Virus record (IMG/VR): IMGVR_UViG_3300019093_000011
Span: 1-57,060 of that record
From: a virus
Taxonomy: Duplodnaviria; Caudoviricetes
DNA length: 57,060 nucleotides
Direction: 5' to 3' (one strand)
This document shows positions 37,901 through 50,413 of the stretch, in pieces (position 1 is the stretch's first letter; each line of letters begins with the position of its first letter). The notes beneath the pieces were generated by a model. That model was not told the origin of the DNA, did no database searches, and was given only the letters and a program-made list of their open reading frames with translations. The position numbers were made by a program, and so were the translations under genes.

Positions 37901-40900
37901 TAATGAATATGCTTGATCATAGGCAAATTTTATTTTATATCCAAAGTAAGGATCTAATATCAATTCTGGATTTGAGATTGTTTCTTTAGGAATATATTTG
38001 TGATTAAAATCATCTAATAAAAATACTTTAATAACGCTATTGCCATTTAGTTTGCCACTAACAGCTAACCATTGACCATCATCACTAAATGCTAAACTAT
38101 TGCCAAATTCATCTAAATTTGAATTTATAATTTGAAATAAAGACCAATCTGATATAATAGAAGGTTTATAATAAACAAAAACTTGATTTTGAGCATTGGT
38201 AATTGCTAGATAACTTGCTGATTTGCTAATAGTTATAACTTTTCCAAATCTACTAGCATTTGCTAGATTTAATCTGTATATTTTATTTCTATTATAAACT
38301 GAATTATTTGCCCATATTGCATATTTGTTATCAATTGATCTATTGACCCAAGCTAATTCATTTACTTTGAGATAATAAGGAACTGCTAAATTATCTATTG
38401 TATCAAATCTTTGTTTGGTCAATTTAAAGAGCTTGATAGACTTTTGCGGGTCCACTGAAGGAGGAGGACTATAACTTTTTAAACCTGTTGAAACTGTAAT
38501 AGTGTCAATATTAATGGATTTAATTTTACAAAATATGTTTAATGGTGCATAATTATTTGTTATTCCAATTAACTCGCCTACTACAAAATTAGGACGATTA
38601 TCTAATTTTAATACCAAATCACTGTTGCTATTGTTATATGTTAAGGTAAGAACTTCATATGGCATATGCGTAAATCTATGCACATTCCAGTCATCATTAA
38701 ATTCATTTAATACTGGTTCAAAAGCTGTCCAAATGTAGTCACCTGAAGTAAAATTAAGTGTACTAACTGTTAATAAATCTTCTAACTTATCTGTATTAAA
38801 TGTAACTTGATCGTATTTGACAAATCCAGGGGTACGTAAAAATGGTTTAAAGTTATTATTAATAACCCAAAGATCATTTTGATAATTTTTAGGTGCTAGA
38901 TATATGTCCTTTTTAGTTTGTTTAATTACAAAATCTAATTTACTATTATCAATAGTAGATACTAACTCAAGTGGCTGCGGATTAATTTTAAATTGACTTT
39001 CATCTAAAATAAATTCCACTTCATCAAATGCATCTTTGGCGCCATATTGGCCCACTCTTATGGCCCATTCTTCAATGAAGTCTATGCTATCTTTGTCCTC
39101 TGCACTTAATACATCAAAAAGTTTGTCTAAGGAATTGATGGTGCCTTTATCTTGAATCATTCCTTGATAAAATTTAAATTCACTTACATCATTTTTAATA
39201 ATATTTTCCAAATACTGACGTTTTTGATATCCAATTAAATGCTGTGCCATTTTTTGTTGACCAACATCAAAATTATCACTGTCTAAATCATAAAAATCTG
39301 TGAACTGTAAAGCCTTGTAGTCCCAGTTGGGTAATAAATCACTAACAGGCTTTTTATCTAATTTAATCCAATTATTTTTATCAAAAGCTTCAGTACCTGG
39401 TAAGAAATTATTTGCACTATAATAAAATTCTTTATATTTTACTATGTCTCCAAGGTGATAGTCATTCCAAGGGGCCCAATCATCAATATTAGCTTGATCG
39501 TAAATGAATCCTGGAGCATCTAAACTGCCATCCCAATTAATTGTTTTATAACCTGCAATTTGAATTTTTTCTTGTCTATATCCTGTTTCTAGGTTATAAA
39601 TTAAATCATTAAATTGAGTAACATTGTCAATTAGTAAGACATGTTCTTTTTGTACTAGATAAAAAGTAGCGCCATATATTCCTAAATTTTCTTTTTTAGG
39701 ACTAAGCGTAAAAGTATTGTCATATCTAAGATAATTTAATAAATTTGGATCATATTTTTGACCATCTGCTGAAAATATTTCATAATTAGTATGTTGTTCT
39801 CTAAGATCATTTACTGTGTTGTATTGTAATTTTAAATCTAATTGCAATGCTGCTGGACTTAAACTAATGGCCGCAGCACCGTCTGAATTTAAGTTTTCTA
39901 ATTTAAAATAATTAGCAATATTAAACGTCTCACTTGGCAATTGATCTTGTTTTGATCTATAATAATCGCCATTATAGAACACAATTTCTCCAAGTTTATA
40001 TGACTTTGTTTCTTCCCAATCTACATATTGATCACTTCCTGAACTCCAATTTTGAGTAGTCCAAAATAAAAATTCTTTTACACTAACTTCCCAACTGGCT
40101 ACATTTCTTAAATCTGCATTAAAATTATCAAAACTAAACCCTTGATCTTTTAAATATTCCCCATGGCCCTGTAAAAAATCAACTACTTCTTGAATAGAAT
40201 CCAATATAGTACCATAATTTAAAATTAATCTTTCTTTTTCCCACTTCTTTCTCAAATTAGCTGTCACACCGCCAACCAATGGCAAAGCTGGAATTTTTTG
40301 TAATAGATCATAACTAGGATTATCTTGGCTAGCATGACTAATTTTGACTCTGTAATAATTCCTATCGATTAATACGATATTGCCAACTAGATATTGTTGA
40401 TTAGACGCCCATTCAATATAACTTTCACTAATTCCACCTACATTAATATTAATTCCAGATTGTGACCAAGCATAATAATAAAAATAAGGATTTGTTTGAT
40501 TATAACCTTTTATTGAATACCCAATGCCTCGTTTGGTCTTGATTTTAGTTATAATGACCCCAGTATATGATACTTTTTTAGTAGGACTACTAACATTTAA
40601 AAATATTTTATAATTTTCATTTGGGATAAAAACTCCAGCTTTAGCCGTTGAACTTTTGCTATCCAAAATAAGTTGATATTTTTCTTTATTGGTAAATCCT
40701 GCTATTTTATGACTTAATTTATTGTTAATTAATTTTAAATTACTCTTATATATGTCTAGGAAACTACTGTTATCCCCTTGTAAATAATCAGTAACATAAT
40801 TAACTAACCCAGAAGTAAAAACTCTAGTGGTCTCTTATATTATTTGGTAATTTAATATCAGTCAAACGTAACCTTAAATTTGTATCCTTGTATACTAATT

Positions 40901-43900
40901 GATTAGTTCTGTTTTTAATTATTCTAGATCTGTCCAAATAACAGCCTAATACACGATTTGGCTGCATTAAAATCATAGTAATTAATAGGCTAAATGGATA
41001 ATAACTACTACGTCTCCATGCTGTTTCTACTGGGCCTTGATCACCAAATGAATAATTTGAATTACCAGTAGTATCAAACACCCCTTGAGCTAGATTGCAA
41101 ACAATTGGGTTTGTTAGGTTTCCTGATTCGTCAACAGGAATATTATTTAAAACTGGTCTGACAAATTTATGATTTCTATTAACTGGTTTACCAGGTTCTT
41201 TAATCACGCCGTCGCGTAGATCCTGCCAAAGTATTAGATTATTAGATGTATATGGGGCAGGACCATAAGTATCCTCCCACCATTTTGGCTTAATACTAAA
41301 TCCTAGACTTTCCCAAGGTGTTAAATTTATACGATCTGTGTCAAAGTATAATTTATAAATTCCACGCCAAAATCCTGGAATATTTCCACCGTCTATGCCA
41401 ATTGCTTCACTGTAATTGAATGTAAATGGATTTGATGAATCGTATATTAAAGGTTGGCTAAAATCTTTGTCAATTAAACTAGTCCATTTAAAAAAGTTAG
41501 GAGCTAGTATTTCATTAAACTCAGCTAAGGAGTATTCAGTTGGTCTATTAGCTCCTGGTATAAAATCATATATGTCTAATATAGTTTCATCATAACGAAT
41601 TTTAATATTATTAAAAATTCTTTTTTCTAATTCTAATATTATATCATCTCTATAATCATTATAAGCTAATATAACACTACCATCATGTCCTTGTATCAAA
41701 TATTTTGGTTCTAATAAAGTAGTATCTAAATATTTTTGAGGCTCAAATTTAGGATATAATCCTAATGTAGTTGGGGTTGGTGGGATAAAGCAGCCATCTG
41801 TGCTTTCATATTCATAAACAGTTAAAATATCATTTTCTTTAATAGCTGTTAATACTTCAATAAAACCATCAAATCCAAATAGATAATCTCGTTCATGAAT
41901 TAATTGAACATCGTTTAGGTAGACATTTACACTTTTATAACTTAATGTTTCTAATGTAAAGGGAGCAGATAAAGGATATTTGACTGTTCTGTAATCTTGC
42001 ACTGTGAAATCAGTTTTTTTATTTGCACCAAAACCTAGGACATCACTAAAATAATAGGGTGCTGTTTTAGGCGTTCCTTGATTAATATCAAATAATATTT
42101 GATCTACTGAATCCTTAACTGATACATCACTTGTCAAATTTGTTAGGTGATTAATAAAATTTCTTTTAAATTTGCCATACTCATCTCTAGCTTTTTCTAA
42201 TGCTGATATAATATTGGCATTTTTATTTGTCAAATGATATAACGCTGAATTTATACTTCCACTATGTTGAACAAATTTTGTGCCATAACTACTAGTATTA
42301 GAAAGATCTCTAAGATTTCCCACTCCTGGATAGACGCCATTAAATGAACTAAGATTATCTATAATGGAATCTACATGATCGATGACTTCACCTAGAGTAA
42401 AATCATTAATATTATTGTTTAATGGATTATTTTGAAAATTTATTGGGAAGTCATATTTGCCGTTATTGTTTTTAGTCTGTTTACTATAGCATTTTAATGT
42501 AACTATATCTAAATCTGTTACATCATTTTTTAATACAACTATTTTATAAGCAACTTCATCCTCAATATGAAATAAGTTTTTATCTAATCTTTTACCATTT
42601 ATATAAACTTTTACTAATAAATCATCGAGATTATCTTTATCATCATATACATCTACGGGAAACTTATTTGTTAAATTAGAATTTTTATAGATTCTTATAA
42701 TAGGCTGAACATTTTTTAGCGTATTTTTAGTCCATCCATTTAGATATTCACTGCCTAATTTATTATTCTTTTTAATAAATTTATTATCAGTATTTTCAGT
42801 TATTACTTCAGCTTGTATTTTATAAGAAAAAGTATTTTGTAATAGATCATAATTAAAAAGAATATCCCCTACGTTGTTGATATTCTTGTAACTTAAGGCA
42901 AATCTCAATTCAGAATCTTGTTTACCAGTGCCTATTTTATAGGAAAAAATCTTATTACCTGAAAAGGTTGAGCCATCATATTTGCTAGCATCAGTTAAAT
43001 TAACACCATCTTCGTCGAATAAATCAAATAATGGCTGCTGATTTTGAGTCGTTTTTGTTTGGCCAAGTATCCATTTTGCACCATCATACCATAGCATTTG
43101 TGCTGTATATTTTACACCAGTTTTAACTAATACCACATCATGCAAATTTGGATTAGTATCAGGTTCTTCTTCTAAATGGATTCGTCTAATGCCAAAGTCA
43201 TTATTATTTTCATGTGTGGTAATAAAATTTACTCGATATATTTTACCATTGACTAATGGATCATTATCCCCAGTGAATAATATTCTATGACCGTCAAGTA
43301 AAGATACATTATCAATATTATAACCTAAGGACCCTTCTATAATTGAAAAAACATCACTGGTAAAATCGTCAACTAAATCAATATCCTGTTTAGGGGTTAT
43401 ACCAAAATTAAAAAGTTTAATATTTGCATTAAATTCTATAATTGGACGTTTGGCTCGTTGTAATTGATCAAATACTGGCTGTTGTCCAAGTTCAATGGCT
43501 GTTTTCTCTATTATAGACTCGTGAAACCAACGATTATATCTGCTCCAAGGATTTCTATCTGTACTAGCCCTATTAATTGTGATGTAATCTTTGACCGTTG
43601 GAACATACTTAACATCATTATAGGCTAACTTGTCATAGCCTGTGTCATCAAATGTTACCTCAAAGTTTTTGGTATAAGGTGCTATAATTTCTAATTGCTT
43701 TTCAGGAATGAGTTGAATTTTATCACCCACTCCCTCTACATAAAAATCGCCTTCACTATAAAAGGACGGTGTCACACGCCCTTTGAAATTAACCTTCATA
43801 CCATTACTCAAAGACAGCCCGCTACGCAATGTATATGTTTGGCTATTAATTATTTCATTTTCAACATCTATTGCAGTATTTTCTGTAATGTCAAATACTT

Positions 43901-44708
43901 TAATTATGCCTGAGGTATCTGGTGAATTTTCACTGACATAATATAGTACATCTGGACACTCTAATGGAACTGTGAAAGTTATTATGCCATTTTCCACAGC
44001 ATAATTATCCACGCCATCTATAAATCTATATGCTTCACCAACTTGCCTTTGAGTTTTTATACTAAATGGTTCATTAAGACATTTATTAATTTCAAAACGA
44101 TATGTCTGCCCACGATATAAAGTTAATGATGGGTTTCTAGTTAGCCCATCTGGTGTAAAAAGAAATGCTCTATTATCGCCTTCATCACTGAGTTCAACTT
44201 TATATGTTTTAATTATCTCTAGTTGTTGCCCAGGAATTGTTATAGCATCAGGACCAAATGGCAACCAATAGTAATGAGCAAAATTGACAATTTTATCCCA
44301 ATCTATATGAGGTTCCCAACTATAAAATTCTTGTTGATTAACTCTTTCATGGTTATCAGGCTTGCCGCCCAATACTGTTAAAGTATTGATATAATCTAAA
44401 TAATCCTTATAAAAATTTACATTGCCTAAGGCATCCTCGATAACTAAACTTGGTTCAAGTTGATAATTTTGTCTATCTTGTACAGGCTCATTTAAAAAAA
44501 TGTCATTGGCTGCTGTTGCTTTGGAGTTTTCCCTTCCTATGTATCCATTGAGACGACGTACAGTACCACTTTGAATAAGTTGATTAATTGTTCCAGAAAT
44601 AAATTTTTTATTACTGTCAGTTCTATAAAATCTAGGTAGAAGATTTTCAGCCTTTCTTTTTTGATTGGGGTTATTTGATGGTGTATTTTCTAATTGATTA
44701 TCGGCCAT
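31967..44708 (-). CDS. Giant (~4,250 aa) multidomain baseplate wedge/structural protein, split by one frameshift at ~40827-40834
   Basis: The frame of ORF 31967-40666 stays open up to 40834 (TRVFTSGLVNYVTDY...KYQLIL-DSKS) and overlaps the end of ORF 40824-44708. The N-terminus LLPRFYRT follows a gp6-like gene, which is the gp7 position. Confidence 0.75.
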
Positions 44709-47700
44709 TAATAACCTCCAGTGCTACTAGAAATATTTTGCTGTGATACAATTGTATTAGATGAACTTATGGATCCATCAGCTGATATATTACTGGCTGT
44801 TATAGCACTGATTACTTCAATGTCATCAGTGGTAGCTCCATTAATAAAAATTTGATCACTCTCTGCTTTAATTTCAAATAAACTACCAAAATGTAAGTCT
44901 GGTTGTCTAGGCACTATAACAATATTAACTAGATAAGGAGTAGTTTTATTCATAACATAGGCCACTAATTCACTGAAATAAAAGCTATCGCCAAAATCCC
45001 AATTTTCTATAGAAAAGAATTCGTTTATAGCAGATAACACATTAGTTTTTATTTCATTATCACTAATTATTAGTTCAGAATTTTTAATTACTTTAAAACT
45101 AGCTCTAAGATTTAAGCTAGCATTATTACCAAATAACACTTTATATTTTACTGGGTGATAGATAATTTCATCACTCATAGCTTTAATAGAATTTAATTCT
45201 TTAGATAGAGTTAAACTTAATTGATCTGAACTCAATGGCAAAGGCTCTACATCTAATTTACCAATTAACCATCTTCTAAAATCCAAATCATATTGTCTAG
45301 TTAACACATAAAGATCCATAATATTAATTTGACCAGGATCTATTCTTGTCTCATAATCTGCACTATGTATGTATTGAAATTTTAAATCTGATCTGCCTTG
45401 AAATACTTTATAATCCAAACTGGCTATAAATCTTCCCTTTGTTGCGTTCCATTGTTGTACAGTGTTAGTGTCTAGGAAGTAGTAATATTGATCAGCAATT
45501 TTGTTAATTACAGATCCAATACTGGGCCTTATTTCTACTATATTTTTATCATTACTAATTTTATTTTTAACATATCTGTAATCTGTTTGACCATTCGCTA
45601 TTTCATATTTTTCTAAAATTATATATTTTGATGTATCAGTAGTGGGATCTACTACGATATCAAAAATGTTAGGATCATCAACTATTCCATCATCGTTGCT
45701 ATCATTAAAAGTTATTTCTATTTTTTTGGTATCCACATAACCATCTGTACCTAAAAATTCTCTATATATTTCCCAATCTAAATTGTAAGTAAAAGGTGTT
45801 GCTTGATTTATATCAGCTGGGTTAGTATTGATGTTTAATACTCTTATTTGATCTTTGACAATTAAATTACTTCTAGTGTCATAAATTTTATTATTACTGT
45901 CATAATAAAAACGAATTTGGCTATCACTTTCAAAAATATATTTTAATTTTCTAGATTTAACATTATAAAATTCAGTATCAGTGGTGAACAATAATAACCA
46001 ACTACTATCTAATTTTTGGTTAGTAGTGTCCCCAGTTTTGCCAATATTAAAATTATCAATAATATTAAGATTGCTTTCAAATACAATTTTCCAATTTTTA
46101 GATACTAAATCGTATCTAAGACCAAATGGTTTATTAGCAAAAACTAGATCAATAATAATTGAAATAGTTGCAGTATCTAATATAGTTCTCCATCTAGGTA
46201 TGATGTTTACTAATCGAGCATTAGTTGGGATTTGAACATTTAATGTAATTGCTCCATTACCATTAGTTAATTTTCCTGTTGGGTCTTCTACGTTGCTCCC
46301 TAACCCATTATTAGTAACGCTGACAACTTTGGCCCAAATGTAAGTTGACCCGCCAATTGGGATACCTGAATTTGGAATAATTTTAAAAGCATTTTCATTT
46401 AATCTATCAAAATAAAATCCAGTTTTTGCTTCAAATTTGATCAATGCTCCTGGTTCTATATTTTTTAAATCGTTATTAGTTGTGCCAATAATTATTTGAT
46501 TAACATTTTTAAAATACCCAGTGCATTGATTGGTATCTTGTGTTACTTGATTCCAAGATAAATTATCGTATATTACTATTGTTTTGCCATAATTGTCATA
46601 GTAAAAATTACGGAGATTTATATCCTTAATGACATTAAAAACTTGATTATAAATTACCCCTTCGATGTCTGTTTTATTAATATAATTAAATCTAAAACTG
46701 TCTTCATAAGTCTGTTTGTAAAGTACACCATCATCACCAAATAAATTTGTACTACTATATTTGCCAGTTGGATCATTTAGATCAAAATATCTGCTAATTC
46801 CGCTGCTGGATCTATTAATGGCTTTAATTTTTATTATTTCTTGACTAACGCTTAATGGACTAATATTATAATCCTCTGCTGTGATCATACGATTTTGTGT
46901 ATAATATGTAGCAGGCGCCGTAGCTTTTATTTGTTCATTACTTTCAAATGCCGCACTATTGTTTACACTAGTTTGAAGTCCCATGGTTATGGTTATAACT
47001 TCACTTTGGCCAGTATTAGAAATATATTGAATATCTACTACAACGTTTTTAATATCTTTGGGATTAATAGTATACCTAAGACCATTACTGATTCGATAAT
47101 ATATTCTAAAATTACCTAAAGGCAATGTACCAAAAGTTCCATCACTGAATGCAATACTAACTCGATCGTTGGTTCTAGTAATAACTGAATAGATATTTCT
47201 AATGTTTTTCTTTAAACTGTTGTATATTACATTGTTGCCTTCAAAACTTGGTACTTTAGCCCAATATTCAGATTCAACACCTCTGGTATTCAATTTATAT
47301 AACCAAACATCTGTGTTATTAATATTGTCAGCATCAATATCCACAATTTCATTTGTATTAGGATTTGAAATAGTAAAAGTGCCAGTATTTAAACTGCCCT
47401 GTCTAAAGTGAGAGAAAAATCCAGAACTAGGACTGGCTGGGCCCCTACCGTCGTCTTTATAAAGGAAAGATAAACTTTTTCCTGCCTGAGGAGGATCCTC
47501 AACAATGTCAGTACCATTTTCTATAACTGTACTGACAACTTCAAAATTCATAGTTCTGCCATCTACAACTTTGCTAAATGTGAATACAGGAATAGATGTA
47601 TTTAAAGTTTGTAATCTATACTGTTCTGTAGGTATATTATAAATTACTGCTTTATTATCTGGATTACCAAATTGGCTTGTTGCTGGCAACGCTGCATTAA

Positions 47701-48178
47701 TTACTTTAATAAATTGCTCATACCAGTTATTATTAGCGTTATCATTCCAAACTATTTCTTGACCGCGTAAATTTCTGCCATTACTATCAATAATATCCTG
47801 TGTGGTACTGACACTTTGAAATTTAAGTAGCCCATTAGCAGCAAGATTACGTTTGGCATTATAGCCAATAGTTCTCGATAACCTTAAAACACTTTCTCTA
47901 CGTTCAGCTAGTTCTAAAAAATTATCCCTAGCATTTAGATCTACCCTAAAAGCAATACTTTGTCCTAAAAAAGCAATCATATCTATTAAGGCTAGATATT
48001 CACTGCTTTCAATATAATCATTAAAGTCTTCTGGATAGTTTTCCCTTAGGTAGTCCACCATGACTCTACGAAGATTTTCAAAATCGTAACTTTTAAAGTT
48101 CGCGTTGCGATAACTTTGATAGATTTTTTTCCAATCTTCACTAACTAATAATCTATTTTGTCTATTGGTGGACGACAT
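44708..48178 (-). CDS. gp6: Baseplate wedge protein, T4 gp6-like
   Basis: DFENLR...FNDYIESS, FLELAERRESVLRL, ESNEQIK..AP..Y.TQNRMITAEDY. Confidence 0.8.
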   Translation of the reverse strand: MSSTNRQNRLLVSEDWKKIYQSYRNANFKSYDFENLRRVMVDYLRENYPEDFNDYIESSEYLALIDMIAFLGQSIAFRVDLNARDNFLELAERRESVLRLSRTIGYNAKRNLAANGLLKFQSVSTTQDIIDSNGRNLRGQEIVWNDNANNNWYEQFIKVINAALPATSQFGNPDNKAVIYNIPTEQYRLQTLNTSIPVFTFSKVVDGRTMNFEVVSTVIENGTDIVEDPPQAGKSLSFLYKDDGRGPASPSSGFFSHFRQGSLNTGTFTISNPNTNEIVDIDADNINNTDVWLYKLNTRGVESEYWAKVPSFEGNNVIYNSLKKNIRNIYSVITRTNDRVSIAFSDGTFGTLPLGNFRIYYRISNGLRYTINPKDIKNVVVDIQYISNTGQSEVITITMGLQTSVNNSAAFESNEQIKATAPATYYTQNRMITAEDYNISPLSVSQEIIKIKAINRSSSGISRYFDLNDPTGKYSSTNLFGDDGVLYKQTYEDSFRFNYINKTDIEGVIYNQVFNVIKDINLRNFYYDNYGKTIVIYDNLSWNQVTQDTNQCTGYFKNVNQIIIGTTNNDLKNIEPGALIKFEAKTGFYFDRLNENAFKIIPNSGIPIGGSTYIWAKVVSVTNNGLGSNVEDPTGKLTNGNGAITLNVQIPTNARLVNIIPRWRTILDTATISIIIDLVFANKPFGLRYDLVSKNWKIVFESNLNIIDNFNIGKTGDTTNQKLDSSWLLLFTTDTEFYNVKSRKLKYIFESDSQIRFYYDSNNKIYDTRSNLIVKDQIRVLNINTNPADINQATPFTYNLDWEIYREFLGTDGYVDTKKIEITFNDSNDDGIVDDPNIFDIVVDPTTDTSKYIILEKYEIANGQTDYRYVKNKISNDKNIVEIRPSIGSVINKIADQYYYFLDTNTVQQWNATKGRFIASLDYKVFQGRSDLKFQYIHSADYETRIDPGQINIMDLYVLTRQYDLDFRRWLIGKLDVEPLPLSSDQLSLTLSKELNSIKAMSDEIIYHPVKYKVLFGNNASLNLRASFKVIKNSELIISDNEIKTNVLSAINEFFSIENWDFGDSFYFSELVAYVMNKTTPYLVNIVIVPRQPDLHFGSLFEIKAESDQIFINGATTDDIEVISAITASNISADGSISSSNTIVSQQNISSSTGGY

Positions 48179-48197
48179 TACCTATCCTTATTCTTGA

Positions 48198-48205
48198 TAT
48201 TTATA
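48198..48205 (-). promoter_or_regulatory. T4-type late promoter TATAAATA
   Basis: Exact consensus, then AAGGA RBS and ATG 48178. Confidence 0.65.
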
Positions 48206-48225
48206 GTAGATAATAAACTACTAGT

Positions 48226-48666
48226 TTAACCGATTAATCCATTATCCTGATCAAATCTAAATCTCAATGATTCTGATATGTTATAAGGCAAATAAGTTAA
48301 GTCACATTCAATTTGAATCCCACTTTCATAAGCTGTAACAATTATATCATTGGCTATTACTCTAGGTTCATAGTTAATAATATTCTCTACATTTTGTGCT
48401 ATCAGAGCTTGTAAATCCTCCGTTAGTGGTTCAAAAATCACGTCCCAAATTACGGTGCCAAACTCTGGATTCATCAATCGTTCACCCTGTCTAACATGGA
48501 AATGATTGATAATATCCTGTTTAATTAAGGCCAAATCATATAGAGCAAATGATTCGCTTTCATCACTTATTGTGCTGAATCCTCTGTACGTTCTTGGCAG
48601 TGGGGGTGTTGCCTTAGGTGTACGTCCTTTTACTACTAATTTTTCATAAAGGCGTTGAATAGCCAT
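48226..48666 (-). CDS. gp25: Baseplate wedge subunit, gp25-like
   Basis: GERLMNPEFGT..W..IFEP and YEPRV motifs. Confidence 0.9.
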   Translation of the reverse strand: MAIQRLYEKLVVKGRTPKATPPLPRTYRGFSTISDESESFALYDLALIKQDIINHFHVRQGERLMNPEFGTVIWDVIFEPLTEDLQALIAQNVENIINYEPRVIANDIIVTAYESGIQIECDLTYLPYNISESLRFRFDQDNGLIG

Positions 48667-50411
48667 TACTGCCTCTCCTTATTAATTTTAGCAAAAGTAT
48701 CTGTACTAGTTGTATATTTTTGCTTGTCGTCAGTCCAACCCGACCAATATTCTGGCGAATCTTTATCCACTAATAGAATTGATTCGCTATTGTCTTCATT
48801 TCTACCATCAATATCTCTATCTGTTTTTTCAGGAGTAAATTGTTCTGGATCTAAATTTTCATGATGTGCCCAAGGTTCATGTGTTGGAACACGGCGCATA
48901 ATAGTATCAAATAAAGTTGAACCTGTTTCATCTGGCACACTGTGAGTTTTTAATACTTTAGGTAATTCAGCTTCGTCAGCCTCGGCCGCAGTGGCTGCTT
49001 CAGGTGCTGCTGGTCCATTAAGATTAATTTTACTGGCACTGAGTACTAAACTGGCCCCACCAATACTAGTTGCCCCGCCGCCCGTCCATTTACTGGCACC
49101 GCCGCTTTTAATATCCAGTGCTCCGCCGGCAGTGATAACATTATTACCTCCAGAATTAAGTTCTGAATTTCCTCCAGCAGTTAATTTATTATTGCCACCA
49201 CTTTTTAAATCAAAATTGCCACCATTTTTATGCAAATGATTTCCATCAATAGTGGTATTGACATTGCCCTTGACCCAATTAGATTGATTGCCTTCTATTA
49301 TGGTATTTTGATCAGCAACCACTTCAGTTTGCATTTCACCGCCTACTTTGGTATTAAAATTTCTACCACATTCCATATTGATGTCACGATCAGCATAGAA
49401 ATTTAAATCATTTTTAGTATGAACACTGATACTATCCTCTGCATAGATATCTATTTTACCATTACTGGTCATCTCTATCCATGTAGTGCCGCGAGCATTT
49501 CCAATATAAATTAAATCTTCGCTATTATGTAATAATATTTGATGCCCAGTTCTAGTTCGTAATCTAATTAATTCATTATGTGGAATAGTGACATCACCCC
49601 CTTCTTCCTTTCCTTCAACTGAAACGTATTCCGGAGGACCTTCGCCTGCTGTTTTTTTTCTAAGAAATTTATCATCACCGTCATCCATAACAAAGCTAGA
49701 ACCGCCTAGTCTACTAACAAAGGTTGTAGCTTCGTTATCTGTCTTGCCTGTTTTAGCCTTTTTTGCGCCATTTTGTTTGTCTATGGGCCCTGGTGTGCTG
49801 ATGCCAAATACGGCACTGGGCCATTCTCTTCTAGCACTGCTGCTAGTAATTCCTCTAATGTCGTCTAATAATAATCCTTGTTGATCTAATATATCTTTAA
49901 AGGGATGTATGGCCTTTTTAGTTTTGCTCAAATCTAAAGGTACTATTTCTGCTGATTTTAAATTAAACTCGGCCACAGGTAATCGTTTTTTGACATCCTC
50001 ATCATTATAGGTTGTAGAAGCATAACCAGGTGTCATAAAATTTACGCCAGGATTTTGTGCATTATGAACGCAGCCAATCCAATAGCCTTTTTTAGGATCC
50101 CCTTGTACAAATATGACCATTACAATAGATCCAATATCTGGCGGAATCATCCACAGGCCATAACTTTTTTGTGAATTATTATAGTCCAATTCTGCTGTGG
50201 CAAATTCAGAACCAGTATATCCCATAAAAGGACTCATATATCTTACTTGATGTAGTTGACCCTCTTTATCTTTTTCAGTACCAACTTCAGATAAAATTTG
50301 CACTTGTAAATTGCCCATATATGCTGGATCTAAAAAACTAACAATTTTAGCGAGATATGGTCCTGGATTATTGTTACCTACGCCTGTGGCTTCCCTTGTT
50401 TCACTTGCCAT
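48666..50411 (-). CDS. gp5: Baseplate central spike, gp5/VgrG-like (OB fold plus beta-helix, no lysozyme domain seen)
   Basis: DP..MGNLQV, PPDIGSIVMVIF..GDP..GYWIG, RTRTGHQILL, 8-residue GG repeats. Confidence 0.75.
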   Translation of the reverse strand: MASETREATGVGNNNPGPYLAKIVSFLDPAYMGNLQVQILSEVGTEKDKEGQLHQVRYMSPFMGYTGSEFATAELDYNNSQKSYGLWMIPPDIGSIVMVIFVQGDPKKGYWIGCVHNAQNPGVNFMTPGYASTTYNDEDVKKRLPVAEFNLKSAEIVPLDLSKTKKAIHPFKDILDQQGLLLDDIRGITSSSARREWPSAVFGISTPGPIDKQNGAKKAKTGKTDNEATTFVSRLGGSSFVMDDGDDKFLRKKTAGEGPPEYVSVEGKEEGGDVTIPHNELIRLRTRTGHQILLHNSEDLIYIGNARGTTWIEMTSNGKIDIYAEDSISVHTKNDLNFYADRDINMECGRNFNTKVGGEMQTEVVADQNTIIEGNQSNWVKGNVNTTIDGNHLHKNGGNFDLKSGGNNKLTAGGNSELNSGGNNVITAGGALDIKSGGASKWTGGGATSIGGASLVLSASKINLNGPAAPEAATAAEADEAELPKVLKTHSVPDETGSTLFDTIMRRVPTHEPWAHHENLDPEQFTPEKTDRDIDGRNEDNSESILLVDKDSPEYWSGWTDDKQKYTTSTDTFAKINKERQ

Positions 50412-50413
50412 TA

